The notes: generated by a model from the sequence alone, not told the origin. A DNA stretch of 64,000 nucleotides from an uncultured Acidobacteriota bacterium (GCA_963752045.1 CAVVWN010000007.1:9978-73977), one strand, 5' to 3'; shown: positions 36,393 through 44,407, numbered from the stretch's first letter. Made by a program: numbers and translations.

Positions 36393-37142
36393 ATGGTCCG
36401 CACGACACGAATGATGGTCATCGCCGTCGCCACCCTCGCTCTCGCCGCAACAGCGGGAGGGCCCATCCGTGCTCAGGGGAAAGGCGGAAAGCCGAAGCCG
36501 CCGTCCGCGCCGTCGAGCTACCCGGGAACCCTGACTTTTCGCTGCGTCGTCGGCGCGTGCGCCGATGGACTCATCGGTGATGGCTCCGACTACCTCGGCG
36601 GTGGCGATCCCGAGACGGGCTACGGTGCCCACCTGAAGACGTCAAGCGGCGAGCTATGGCTGGGGTTTGGCAACGCCGCCTACGAAATCACGATCGACCT
36701 TGGCGACCGGCTGTCGACCCTATGTGGCGAGCCCGGAGAGCCGGCGTGCCGCTGGCCGTGGCCCATGTCCACATGGACGATCAACTCTGGAGAGATCCAA
36801 TCGAACGTCGTCGATGGGCCAACCGGAGCGGAAGTGGCCGGGGGGCTGCTCTCGATCGACCCAGGCGCCATCGGATGGGCCCGCCTCAAAGTGAACTTCG
36901 CGGGCCCGGTCGGCAGTTACCTGTACCTCCTCAATTTCAACGGGACGGACGATGAGGGTGCAACGGCCGTTGAGGTCGAGCGGGGCACGGTCGCGGAGGG
37001 AACAGAGTGCACGTGGGTATTCAATGGGGACAACGCCACTGCGATGCTCAAATCGGGCGTTCGGAAGAACCTCGTGAAGGAAGGGCTCTTCTATATGCCG
37101 TTCGAGATCACCTTCACCGCACCTGGCTGCATGGGAAGCTGA
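36393..37142 (+). CDS. Secreted protein of unknown function (distant paralog of the 59457..60212 lipoprotein)
   Basis: 249 aa from the ATG at 36393 (AGGAGG 7 nt upstream). Signal MVRTTRMMVIAVATLALAATAGGPIRAQG. No known domain was recognised. Blocks LIGDGSDYLGGG, EITIDLGD and GLFYMPFEITFTAP resemble ILGDGLGAYVHNVGG, GIALDLDD and GTFYARFRIHVTRP in the other protein. Confidence 0.55.
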   Translation: MVRTTRMMVIAVATLALAATAGGPIRAQGKGGKPKPPSAPSSYPGTLTFRCVVGACADGLIGDGSDYLGGGDPETGYGAHLKTSSGELWLGFGNAAYEITIDLGDRLSTLCGEPGEPACRWPWPMSTWTINSGEIQSNVVDGPTGAEVAGGLLSIDPGAIGWARLKVNFAGPVGSYLYLLNFNGTDDEGATAVEVERGTVAEGTECTWVFNGDNATAMLKSGVRKNLVKEGLFYMPFEITFTAPGCMGS

Positions 37143-37248
37143 ACCAGGCGTAGACCCGGGCGGCGCGCAGGCCGGTGCCACGCGCCGCCCCAGGGTCGGT
37201 CCTTGGCCGCAGCAATGCTGAACTACAATCCGGGTCAGTCTCCGGACC

Positions 37249-38135
37249 ATGCCTCCTTCCGATCGCGAGCTGGCGGATCTTGCTGCAGCCGTTGCTGACG
37301 GCGCGTCACCAGACTGGGCAGACGCCGAGTCGTCGGCTGCGGACGAGAAGACCCGTACACTCATCGGGCGGCTTCGGACCATCTCCGAGATCGCCCGGGC
37401 GCACGACGCCGACGGCATGCCGTCGGGCGAGCACTCGCCCGTAGACATTCCAGCCGCCGCTCCGGCCGGTTTCAGCGGGAACCCGGGCCAGTGGGGCCCG
37501 TTGCGCATCCTCGAGCACGTGGCCAGCGGCCGCTTTGGCGACGTCTACCGCGCGTTCGATCCGAATCTCGATCGGGACGTCGCGCTCAAGCTGCTGCGCC
37601 ACCGCACGTCCGACCCGGGGTCTGAGGACACGACGCTCGACCTGCGCGCGTGCCGCGCCGCATCACCAACCCACGCCGCATTCACCGGCTGGATCTGGCG
37701 ACGAGGGCCACGTCCGTGGTTTACGACGCTTCACAGGATGGGCCTCTCGGCTCTGATGCATTTGCCGTGTCACCTGACGGGAATGACCTGTTGGTCGTCG
37801 CGCTGCGCAACGAGAATGGACGCGTCGACCACGTGCTGCGCATCGTCCGGTCCGATGGATCGACGCTTGACCGCCACGTGATGGATGTGGATTGTGCCGG
37901 CACGGTTGCGTGGAGTCCGGACGGCGCGCACATCATCGCCACCTGCATGACGTCTCGGGACCGTCCGGTCGTGCTGTGGATGATGCAGGCTGAATCGGGC
38001 GAGCCGACCGAAGTCACGATCGATGTCGAGAACATCACGGACCTTGCGATCCGGCCGGATGGTCGCGCGATTACGTTCACCGCAGGGAATCCGGCACCGG
38101 CGTACTACGCACTGAGCGGAATCCGCTGGAACTGA
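37249..38135 (+). pseudogene. Ser/Thr kinase gene with a large internal deletion (N-terminal extension + kinase subdomains I-II joined out of frame to the last propeller blades)
   Basis: ORF 37249..37881 reads WGPLRILEHVASGRFGDVYRAFDPNLDRDVALKLLR (Gly-loop and VAIK-type Lys) and then degenerates. ORF 37650..38135 reads ...LDLATRATSVVYDAS...FAVSPDGNDLLV...VAWSPDGAHIIAT...LAIRPDGRAITFT (propeller). The catalytic loop, DFG and TM segment are all missing. Total length is about 295 codons, against about 880 in the intact paralogs. Confidence 0.65.
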
Positions 38136-38151
38136 GCCGTCGGCGAACGGT

Positions 38152-38193
38152 CAAAGCAACGCGATCCACGCCATTCTGAACTGGCGCCGCTAG
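38152..38193 (+). pseudogene. Orphan 3'-end fragment of a kinase paralog (QSNAIHAILNWRR-stop)
   Basis: CAAAGCAACGCGATCCACGCCATTCTGAACTGGCGCCGCTAG compared with the end of the 33023..35662 kinase, CAGAGCAACGCGATCCACGCCATTCTCAACTGGCGGCGGTAG. The encoded peptide is identical and the DNA differs at about 4 of 42 nt. Confidence 0.6.
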
Positions 38194-38444
38194 TCTGTCC
38201 GGCGGAGCGCCGCCCGCAGTCTGACCTTGACGGCTTCATCGAAGTCGCCGGCGTACAGACGGTCGAAGATCCGGACCCGCAGCTCGGCCTCCGAGATGTC
38301 GGGCTCGGCGCTGCGTATGCTGGCCGCAATCAGGCGCTTGGCCGACTCGAACATCTCGCTCACCATCCGCAGGCGGTCGATGGGCGCCACCGCGGCGAAC
38401 CGGCGCGCGAAGGCAATCTCCGAGTCGTTGAACGTGTCCTTCAT
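38190..38444 (-). CDS. Small helical protein, probable partner of a nucleotidyltransferase-type (TA-like) pair
   Basis: 84 aa: MKDTFNDSEIAFARRFAAVAPIDRLRMVSEMFESAKRLIAASIRSAEPDISEAELRVRIFDRLYAGDF. The ATG overlaps the stop of the upstream fragment (ATGA at 38441-38444). The long N-terminal extension in the ORF track is not coding. Confidence 0.5.
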   Translation of the reverse strand: MKDTFNDSEIAFARRFAAVAPIDRLRMVSEMFESAKRLIAASIRSAEPDISEAELRVRIFDRLYAGDFDEAVKVRLRAALRRTD

Positions 38445-38623
38445 GGACGAACCTCGGCGAGCAGCGACTTGACCGTCAGGCGTACGGCCCAGCAATCGAT
38501 GTAGTCCCAGTCGAGGTCCTGCTGCACGACAATCATCGCCCGGACGTCGCGAAGCTGCAATTCCGACGGGCTTTGCTTGGCCCACGCGAGCTTCGACAGG
38601 ATGAGGTCCTCTGGAGCGATCAC
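38441..38623 (-). pseudogene. C-terminal fragment (60 codons) of a nucleotidyltransferase-like protein, N-terminus lost
   Basis: IAPEDLILSKLAWAKQSPSELQLRDVRAMIVVQQDLDWDYIDCWAVRLTVKSLL resembles the C-terminal third of ~190-aa proteins of this type. The upstream DNA is instead a kinase 3'-end scar (LNWRR-stop at 38651-38668). Confidence 0.4.
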
Positions 38624-38741
38624 CCAGACGAGCTGGCCCTCGACCTCGATCTGAACTGGCGGCGGTAAAGGTCTGCGACGGCCGGGTGTAAGATCGACCG
38701 TCGCATCGGGTGCCGTTCACATCCCAGTCGAGGAGACCGCC

Positions 38742-39005
38742 ATGAGCGCTGTTGCCGACGCTTTCTGCGAAACGGGCTTCGCTCGCTTCATCAACCGCCC
38801 AGCGGGCCGCGTCGCACGCATCGTCGCGGGCCTCGCGCTCATCGGCTGGGGTTACGCCCAGGGCGGAGGTGGCCTCGGGCTGGCCCTGCTCGTGGCGGGT
38901 CTCGTTCCGCTCCTGGCCGGCGTGTTCAACTGGTGCCTCATCAGCGCGCTCCTGGGCGGACCGATCAGCGGCGCACTGATCGCCTCGCGCAAGCCGCACG
39001 CCTGA
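38742..39005 (+). CDS. DUF2892 / YgaP-like small membrane protein
   Basis: 87 aa: RVARIVAGLALIGWGY...LALLVAGLVPLLAGVFNWCLISALLG, the characteristic two-helix DUF2892 pattern ending in F.WC. Confidence 0.7.
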   Translation: MSAVADAFCETGFARFINRPAGRVARIVAGLALIGWGYAQGGGGLGLALLVAGLVPLLAGVFNWCLISALLGGPISGALIASRKPHA

Positions 39006-39228
39006 GCGCTGTCGAGACTCGCCGCCGCCGGTGCGGCGAACCGCATGCACGTCGGAAGCGCTCGATTCCAGCCGCGGCAATAGCGGCCCAGCCGCCGCGC
39101 CATCTGGGGTATAAGTGGCGCTGAGGGCTGAAGGTCGCGCCCACGCTCTTCAGGGCGCCGCTCAGGAAAGCACACGCCGTCGCGGCGCCCAGCCGCGCGG
39201 CTGGCTCCCGTCTCAACGGAGGTGGAGC

Positions 39229-39918
39229 ATGCGCCACGTGCCCCGATGGCTGAACGAGCTCGGCAACTCGCCCGATGCCGTCTTTGCCGTCGACGAGACC
39301 CAGCGGATCCTGACCTGGAACCGGGCAGCCGAGAAGGTCTTCGGCCTGCCCGCATCGGACGCGATCGGCCGCTTCTGCTACGACGTCGTCGGGGGGCGGC
39401 TGCGATCCGGCCGTTGCTTCTGTCGTCCCGATTGCCTGGCGCAGCAGACCGTGCGCCGCGGCGACACGTGCCACGCGTTCGAACTGCAGACGCGCAACGC
39501 GCGCGGCGAGCGGTCGTGGGTGGACGTCAGCGTCACGACGCTCTCGACGAGCCGTGGCCCATTGGCCCTGCACACGCTGCGCGTGGATCGGCCGCGCGAT
39601 CGCAGTGAAGACGCCATCGGGGAAATCGTGGAGACGCTGACGGCCCACGGGCTCGTGCCGAAACCGAGCCCGACCGAGGAGGCAGCGCAGGATTCCGGCC
39701 ATTCGAACAGCCAGCCGAACGACCCGCTGGCGGCGCTCAGTCCACGGGAACAGGAAGTGCTGGCCCTGCTGACTCGCGGGTGCTCCACCGAGCAGATTGC
39801 CGGCACGCTCGGCGTGAGCGTGCTGACGGCACGCTGCCACATCCGCAACATGCTGCGCAAAGCGCGCGCGCACAGCCGAACGGAACTGGTGTCTCTGGCG
39901 CTGCGCCCCACCCGCTGA
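39229..39918 (+). CDS. PAS-domain / LuxR-type HTH transcriptional regulator with a Cys-rich insert in the PAS core
   Basis: 229 aa from the ATG at 39229 (GGAGGTGGAG upstream). SPDAVFAVDETQRILTWNRAAEKVFGL (PAS). C-terminal LSPREQEVLALLTRGCSTEQIAGTLGVSVLTARCHIRNMLRK (LuxR/GerE HTH). Cys cluster: RFCYD...GRCFCRPDC...DTCH. Confidence 0.78.
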   Translation: MRHVPRWLNELGNSPDAVFAVDETQRILTWNRAAEKVFGLPASDAIGRFCYDVVGGRLRSGRCFCRPDCLAQQTVRRGDTCHAFELQTRNARGERSWVDVSVTTLSTSRGPLALHTLRVDRPRDRSEDAIGEIVETLTAHGLVPKPSPTEEAAQDSGHSNSQPNDPLAALSPREQEVLALLTRGCSTEQIAGTLGVSVLTARCHIRNMLRKARAHSRTELVSLALRPTR

Positions 39919-39997
39919 GCGCCGACGCAGGCGACGCGCGCGCAGTACCCGCGGCGCCAGACCCCGGTCGTCCACATGGAGGAGAAAATTACTCCAC

Positions 39998-41404
39998 ATG
40001 GGGGATTGCGGGCGCGTCCGGCTGCGCGTCTACTGGACCCCAGTGGGCGACCAGCAGCTTCGGCTCGAGGACGGGTCACGGGTGGCGGTCATCGGCAGCG
40101 GCCCAGCCGGGTCGTTCTTCACCTACTTCCTCCTGCAGATGAGCGGGCGCCTGGGAATGTCGGTGGACGTCGACGTGTACGAACCGCGGACGTTCGCCGT
40201 GCCGGGCCCGCAGGGTTGCAACATGTGCGGCGGCATCATCTCCGAGTCGCTCGTGCAGAACCTCGCCGCGGAGGGCATCGCGCTGCCGCCCACCGTCGTG
40301 CAGCGCGGCATCGACTCCTACGTGCTGCACATGGACGTCGGGTCGGTACGCATCGCCACGCCGCTCGCCGAGATGCGCATCGGCGCCGTGCATCGGGGCG
40401 CCGGGCCGCGCGACGCGACCGAAGCGCGCTGGGAGAGCTTCGACCATCACCTCCAGGCGCTGGCCGTGGGCAACGGCGCCCGCGTCGTGAACGCCCGCGT
40501 CGACGACGTGCTGCGCGAGAACGGCCGGCCGGTCCTCAAGGTGCGCAACGGCGACCCGCAGACCTACGATCTGGTGGTCGTCGCCGCCGGCATCAACTCG
40601 ACCATCCTCAAGGCCTTCGAAGGCCTGGGCATCGGCTACGCCCGCCCGAAGGTGACCAAGACGCTCATCCGCGAGTACTACCTGGGCGGCGACGTGATCA
40701 ACCGGACGCTCGGCACCTCGATGCACGTGTTCCTGCTGAGCATTCCCCGGCTGGAGTTCGCCGCGCTCATCCCGAAGGGCGACTACGTGACGATGTGCCT
40801 GCTCGGGGAAGACATCGACAAGGAGTTGATCGACGCGTTCGTGGCCGCGCCCGAGGTGCGCGCCTGCATGCCCGATGGATGGACGCCGGAGGCCAAGTCC
40901 TGCCAGTGCATGCCGCACATCAACGTGCGCGGCGTCGAGAAGCCCTACGCGGACCGCGTCCTGTTCATCGGCGACGCGGGCGTCACGCGGCTCTACAAGG
41001 ACGGCATCGGCGCCGCCTACCGGACGGCCAAGGCGGCGGCTCGCGCGGCGGTCTTCGGCGGGCTCTCCGAGGACGCCTTCCGCCGTCATTACCACCCGGT
41101 GTGCCGGCGGATTGCCGACGACAACCGCATCGGCCGGGCGGCGTTCCTGTTCACACGGCTCGCGCAGCGCTCCTCGCCCATGCGCCGGGCGGTGCTCGAC
41201 ATGACCGTCCGGGAGCAGGCAGCCCGCGACGGTCGGGGGCGCATGAGCGGCGTGCTCTGGGACCTGTTCTCGGGGAGCGCGCCCTACGCCGACATCTTCA
41301 CGCGCATGCTGCATCCGGCCTTCGTCAGCCGGTTCACGTGGTCGGTCGCCGCCGGCAACCTCCGGCGCGGCGGTGCCCGCTCGCAGGAGTCTCTCCATGA
41401 CTGA
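39998..41404 (+). CDS. FAD/NAD(P)-dependent oxidoreductase (geranylgeranyl-reductase-like fold; specific function unknown)
   Basis: 468 aa: VAVIGSGPAGSFFTYFLL (GxGxxG dinucleotide fold), PQGCNMCGGIISES, FIGDAGVTRLYKDGIGAA. Confidence 0.7.
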   Translation: MGDCGRVRLRVYWTPVGDQQLRLEDGSRVAVIGSGPAGSFFTYFLLQMSGRLGMSVDVDVYEPRTFAVPGPQGCNMCGGIISESLVQNLAAEGIALPPTVVQRGIDSYVLHMDVGSVRIATPLAEMRIGAVHRGAGPRDATEARWESFDHHLQALAVGNGARVVNARVDDVLRENGRPVLKVRNGDPQTYDLVVVAAGINSTILKAFEGLGIGYARPKVTKTLIREYYLGGDVINRTLGTSMHVFLLSIPRLEFAALIPKGDYVTMCLLGEDIDKELIDAFVAAPEVRACMPDGWTPEAKSCQCMPHINVRGVEKPYADRVLFIGDAGVTRLYKDGIGAAYRTAKAAARAAVFGGLSEDAFRRHYHPVCRRIADDNRIGRAAFLFTRLAQRSSPMRRAVLDMTVREQAARDGRGRMSGVLWDLFSGSAPYADIFTRMLHPAFVSRFTWSVAAGNLRRGGARSQESLHD

Positions 41405-41798
41405 AGGCGGGCTCGGCAGGGTCTATCAGGACGGCGAGGTCGTCGTGCGCCAGGGCGACGTCGGCGACTGCCTGTTCGTGGTTCAGGAAGGCCAGGTCGA
41501 CGTGCTCGTCGAGCGCGACGGCAAGACGACGCTGCTACGCACGCTCGGCCCGGGCGAGATGCTGGGCGAGATCGCGATCTTCGAGCGCGTCAAACGGTCC
41601 GCGACCGTGCGGGCCCGGGGATCGGCCCGGCTGCTGACCGTCGACAAGAAGAACTTCCTGCGCCGGATCAACGAGGACCCGTCGATAGCCTTCCGCATCG
41701 TCGAGACGATGTCGCGGCGGATCCGGGAGCTGAGCGCCGAGGTCGTCGAGTTGACCGACCAGGTCGCCGAACACGCCGGCGGCCGCGCCGAGCCGTGA
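41397..41798 (+). CDS. Stand-alone cyclic-nucleotide-binding (CAP/CNB) domain protein, no DNA-binding domain
   Basis: 133 aa: YQDGEVVVRQGDVGDCLFVVQEGQVDVLVE...LGPGEMLGEIAIFERVKRSATVRARGSARLLTVDKKNF (phosphate-binding cassette GE...R.A). Its ATG lies 8 nt inside the end of the upstream gene. Confidence 0.82.
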   Translation: MTEGGLGRVYQDGEVVVRQGDVGDCLFVVQEGQVDVLVERDGKTTLLRTLGPGEMLGEIAIFERVKRSATVRARGSARLLTVDKKNFLRRINEDPSIAFRIVETMSRRIRELSAEVVELTDQVAEHAGGRAEP

Positions 41799-42841
41799 TG
41801 CCCGTTCCCCCGATTCGGTACGTCGCGCCGCCGATCCGAACGGACCGCGCGCCGTGCGTGCTCGTCGCCGGCGCCGGTACGGCCGACGAGTGCCGCCTGC
41901 CCTTCTACAACGAGATCGAGATCGGCCGCGACGACGGACGCCCGGCCGCCCCTGGCGTCGCGCTCGTCGCGGACGCGACGATCTCGCGCCGGCATTGCGT
42001 CGTAGCGCACCGGGGTGATGGCCGCTGCTACGTTCGCGACGTCAGCCGCAACGGCACGCGCCTCGAAGGCCGCCGACTCGTGCCGAACATCGAGATGGAG
42101 TTCTGTTCCGGGCAGCGCCTGTCGCTTTCGGCCGAGCTCGAGCTGATGCTCGAGACCGACGCGGCAGCCACGACCGAGCCGACGGGTCTGGACGAATCCG
42201 AATCGAAAGCGACGGTCGCCATGCCCTCGAGCACGTTTGCCACGCTGCTCGTCGGCGACATCCGCGACTACACGGTGCTCGTGCGGCGGGCGTCCTCCTC
42301 GGACCTGCAGCAGTCGGTCAACCGCGTGTTCGCGGCGCTCAGCCAGGCGGTCGGGCGGCTCGGAGGCACGGTCAAGGAGTACCAAGGTGACGCGGTCGTC
42401 GCCTTCTGGGAAGGCTCGCCCCGAGGCGGGCAGGTCGCAGCGGCCTGCCATGCGGCCCTTGCGCTCGACGGCATCACCGCGCAACTGGCGGCCGACCGCC
42501 GCACCTGGGGACTCACCGAGTTTCCGCTGCAGATGGACTGGGCGCTCGCCACGGGCCCGGTCCTCATCGACTCGATCGGCGGCGCGTCGCCACAAGGTCT
42601 GTCGATGATCGGCGAGGCGATCGTGCTGGCGTTCCGGCTCGAGAAGTTCGCGAATGACAAGGTCGGGCGCATTCTCGCGTGCCGCGTCACGCAGCAGATG
42701 GCGGGCCCGCGATTCCGGTTCCGGGACCTCGGCCTGATGACCGCCAAGGGCTTCGACAAGCCCGACCGCGTGTTCGCGCTCGAGGGGGAACTGCCGGACG
42801 CGGCGGCGGTCGCCTCCCCACGCGCCGCAGGTCTCCCGTGA
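41795..42841 (+). CDS. FHA-domain / class III nucleotidyl cyclase
   Basis: 348 aa. FHA: IEIGRDDG...TISRRHCVVAHRGDGRCYVRDVSRNGTRLEG. Cyclase: ATLLVGDIRDYTVL, VKEYQGDAVVAFW, MIGEAIVLAFRLEKFA. ATGA overlap with the CNB gene. Confidence 0.8.
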   Translation: MMPVPPIRYVAPPIRTDRAPCVLVAGAGTADECRLPFYNEIEIGRDDGRPAAPGVALVADATISRRHCVVAHRGDGRCYVRDVSRNGTRLEGRRLVPNIEMEFCSGQRLSLSAELELMLETDAAATTEPTGLDESESKATVAMPSSTFATLLVGDIRDYTVLVRRASSSDLQQSVNRVFAALSQAVGRLGGTVKEYQGDAVVAFWEGSPRGGQVAAACHAALALDGITAQLAADRRTWGLTEFPLQMDWALATGPVLIDSIGGASPQGLSMIGEAIVLAFRLEKFANDKVGRILACRVTQQMAGPRFRFRDLGLMTAKGFDKPDRVFALEGELPDAAAVASPRAAGLP

Positions 42842-43599
42842 GGGTCCGCATCCTGCCGTCGTCGCCCGACGTCGGCCACCTGCACCACCTGACGACCTTC
42901 GTCGTCGACGGCCACCTCGCGGTCGACGCCGGCTGTCTCGGCCTGTGCGGCACACCGCGCGAGCAGTCGGCCATCACCGACGTCGTGCTCTCGCACAGCC
43001 ATGCCGACCACGTGCTCTCGTTGCCGATGTACGCGATGAACGTCTTCGACGCAACCGAGCGGGGCGTCACCGTGCACGCGCCGCAGCCGGTGATCGACAG
43101 CCTGCGCCGGGACGTCTTCAACTGGCGCGTCTGGCCGGACTTTGCGGCCCTCGGCTGCCCGGACCGTCCGTTCCTCGTGTTCGAGGAGGTAGCCCTGCGC
43201 CAGCCGATCACGTTCGGCAACCTGACGGTCACGCCCATTCCTGTGAACCACCCCGTGCCGACCGTGGGCTACCTGGTCGACGACGGCGCATCGGCGGTCC
43301 TGTTTGCCGTCGACACCGGACCCACCGAGGAGATCTGGCAGGTGGCCGTCGCGAATCCGCGGCTTGCGGCCGCGTTCGTGGACGCGGCGTTCCCCGATCG
43401 GCTGTCCGGCCTCGCCGAGGGCTCGGGCCACCTGACGCCACGGATGCTCGCCGAGCAGGTGGCACGCCTGCCGGAAACGGTCGCGCGCGTGGCCGTGCAC
43501 CTCAAACCGGCGTTCGACGACGAGATCCGCCACGACCTCGATCGCGCGGCGATTCCGAACCTCTCGATTGGCTGCCCCGGACGGGAGTACGACTTCTGA
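42838..43599 (+). CDS. MBL-fold hydrolase resembling class II 3',5'-cyclic-nucleotide phosphodiesterase
   Basis: 253 aa from the GTG at 42838 (GTGA overlap with the cyclase stop): VRILPSS...LTTFVVDGHLAVDAGCLG...VVLSHSHADHVLSLP (HxHxDH), VNHPVPTVGYLV. Confidence 0.65.
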   Translation: MRVRILPSSPDVGHLHHLTTFVVDGHLAVDAGCLGLCGTPREQSAITDVVLSHSHADHVLSLPMYAMNVFDATERGVTVHAPQPVIDSLRRDVFNWRVWPDFAALGCPDRPFLVFEEVALRQPITFGNLTVTPIPVNHPVPTVGYLVDDGASAVLFAVDTGPTEEIWQVAVANPRLAAAFVDAAFPDRLSGLAEGSGHLTPRMLAEQVARLPETVARVAVHLKPAFDDEIRHDLDRAAIPNLSIGCPGREYDF

Positions 43600-43609
43600 G
43601 CCCGCCGGC

Positions 43610-44314
43610 TCATACGGCCGGATGGCCGTCGCAGAGGCGGGCGAACGCCGACTCGCAGTGGGCCTTGAAGCGGTCGAGCGAGTGCGCGGTCACGCGGTTG
43701 TGAATGGACTCCCAGAGCGGGCGGACGGTCCGCGCCCCCAGCCAGTCCCGACGGCCGAAAAAATCGAAGGACACGACGAAGAACATCTGCGTGGCTTCGC
43801 GCTCCCCTTCAGCCGCGATGTTGGACCGGATGTAAATCGAGAAGATGCCCATGGGATAGCCGCCCTCGCACCGGTAGAGCAGGTACCTGGCGTTGTCGAC
43901 GTCAGTCGGCAGCGGCACGGTCTGGCGCCTGATCAGGTCCATCGTGAACAGCGGGATGAAGCTCAGGCCGAGCGCGCGGCCGGGCAGACCGAACGGGAGG
44001 CGGGTCCGGCCGAGCAGGAAGACCTCGACGTGACCGGCCGGCGTTCCCCGGAGGACCCTGGCCAGCGCATTGGGCCAGTAGCCCGCGTCCGGCCGCCACT
44101 GGCCAACCTGGTCGGCGACGAAGGTCGTCGGCGCCTCGATGCCAATGCGATGGATATTGAGCACCGAGTAATCCGCCACGCGGATGCTGAGGCGCTGGAG
44201 GATTCGGTTGTTGTAGTCGTCCCGGTCGGCCGGCGTCCGCAGCGACACGTGCGTTTGCCGCGTCGGCCGCCGAAACACGTAGGTTCTCAGATCAGACCAG
44301 ACGTCCCTCGTCAT
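43610..44314 (-). CDS. Conserved-looking hypothetical protein, no family recognised
   Basis: 234 aa with non-shadow amino-acid composition (YSVLNIHRIGIEAPTTFVADQVGQW, YLLYRCEGGYPMGIFSIYIRSN). Convergent with the phosphodiesterase gene. Confidence 0.5.
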   Translation of the reverse strand: MTRDVWSDLRTYVFRRPTRQTHVSLRTPADRDDYNNRILQRLSIRVADYSVLNIHRIGIEAPTTFVADQVGQWRPDAGYWPNALARVLRGTPAGHVEVFLLGRTRLPFGLPGRALGLSFIPLFTMDLIRRQTVPLPTDVDNARYLLYRCEGGYPMGIFSIYIRSNIAAEGEREATQMFFVVSFDFFGRRDWLGARTVRPLWESIHNRVTAHSLDRFKAHCESAFARLCDGHPAV

Positions 44315-44407
44315 GGATACCCGAGGTGCGCCCGATCATATCGCAGGCGAGAGCCCGTCCGGTACCTTTCCGCTCGAGTGGTGCTATTGTTGGCGAACAC
44401 CAGCCCC

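Noticed and set aside
39998-41404. Assigning a specific function (geranylgeranyl reductase, halogenase, etc.) to the FAD enzyme
   Set aside because: Only the dinucleotide-binding fold and a CNMCGG block are recognisable by eye, which is not enough for a specific call.
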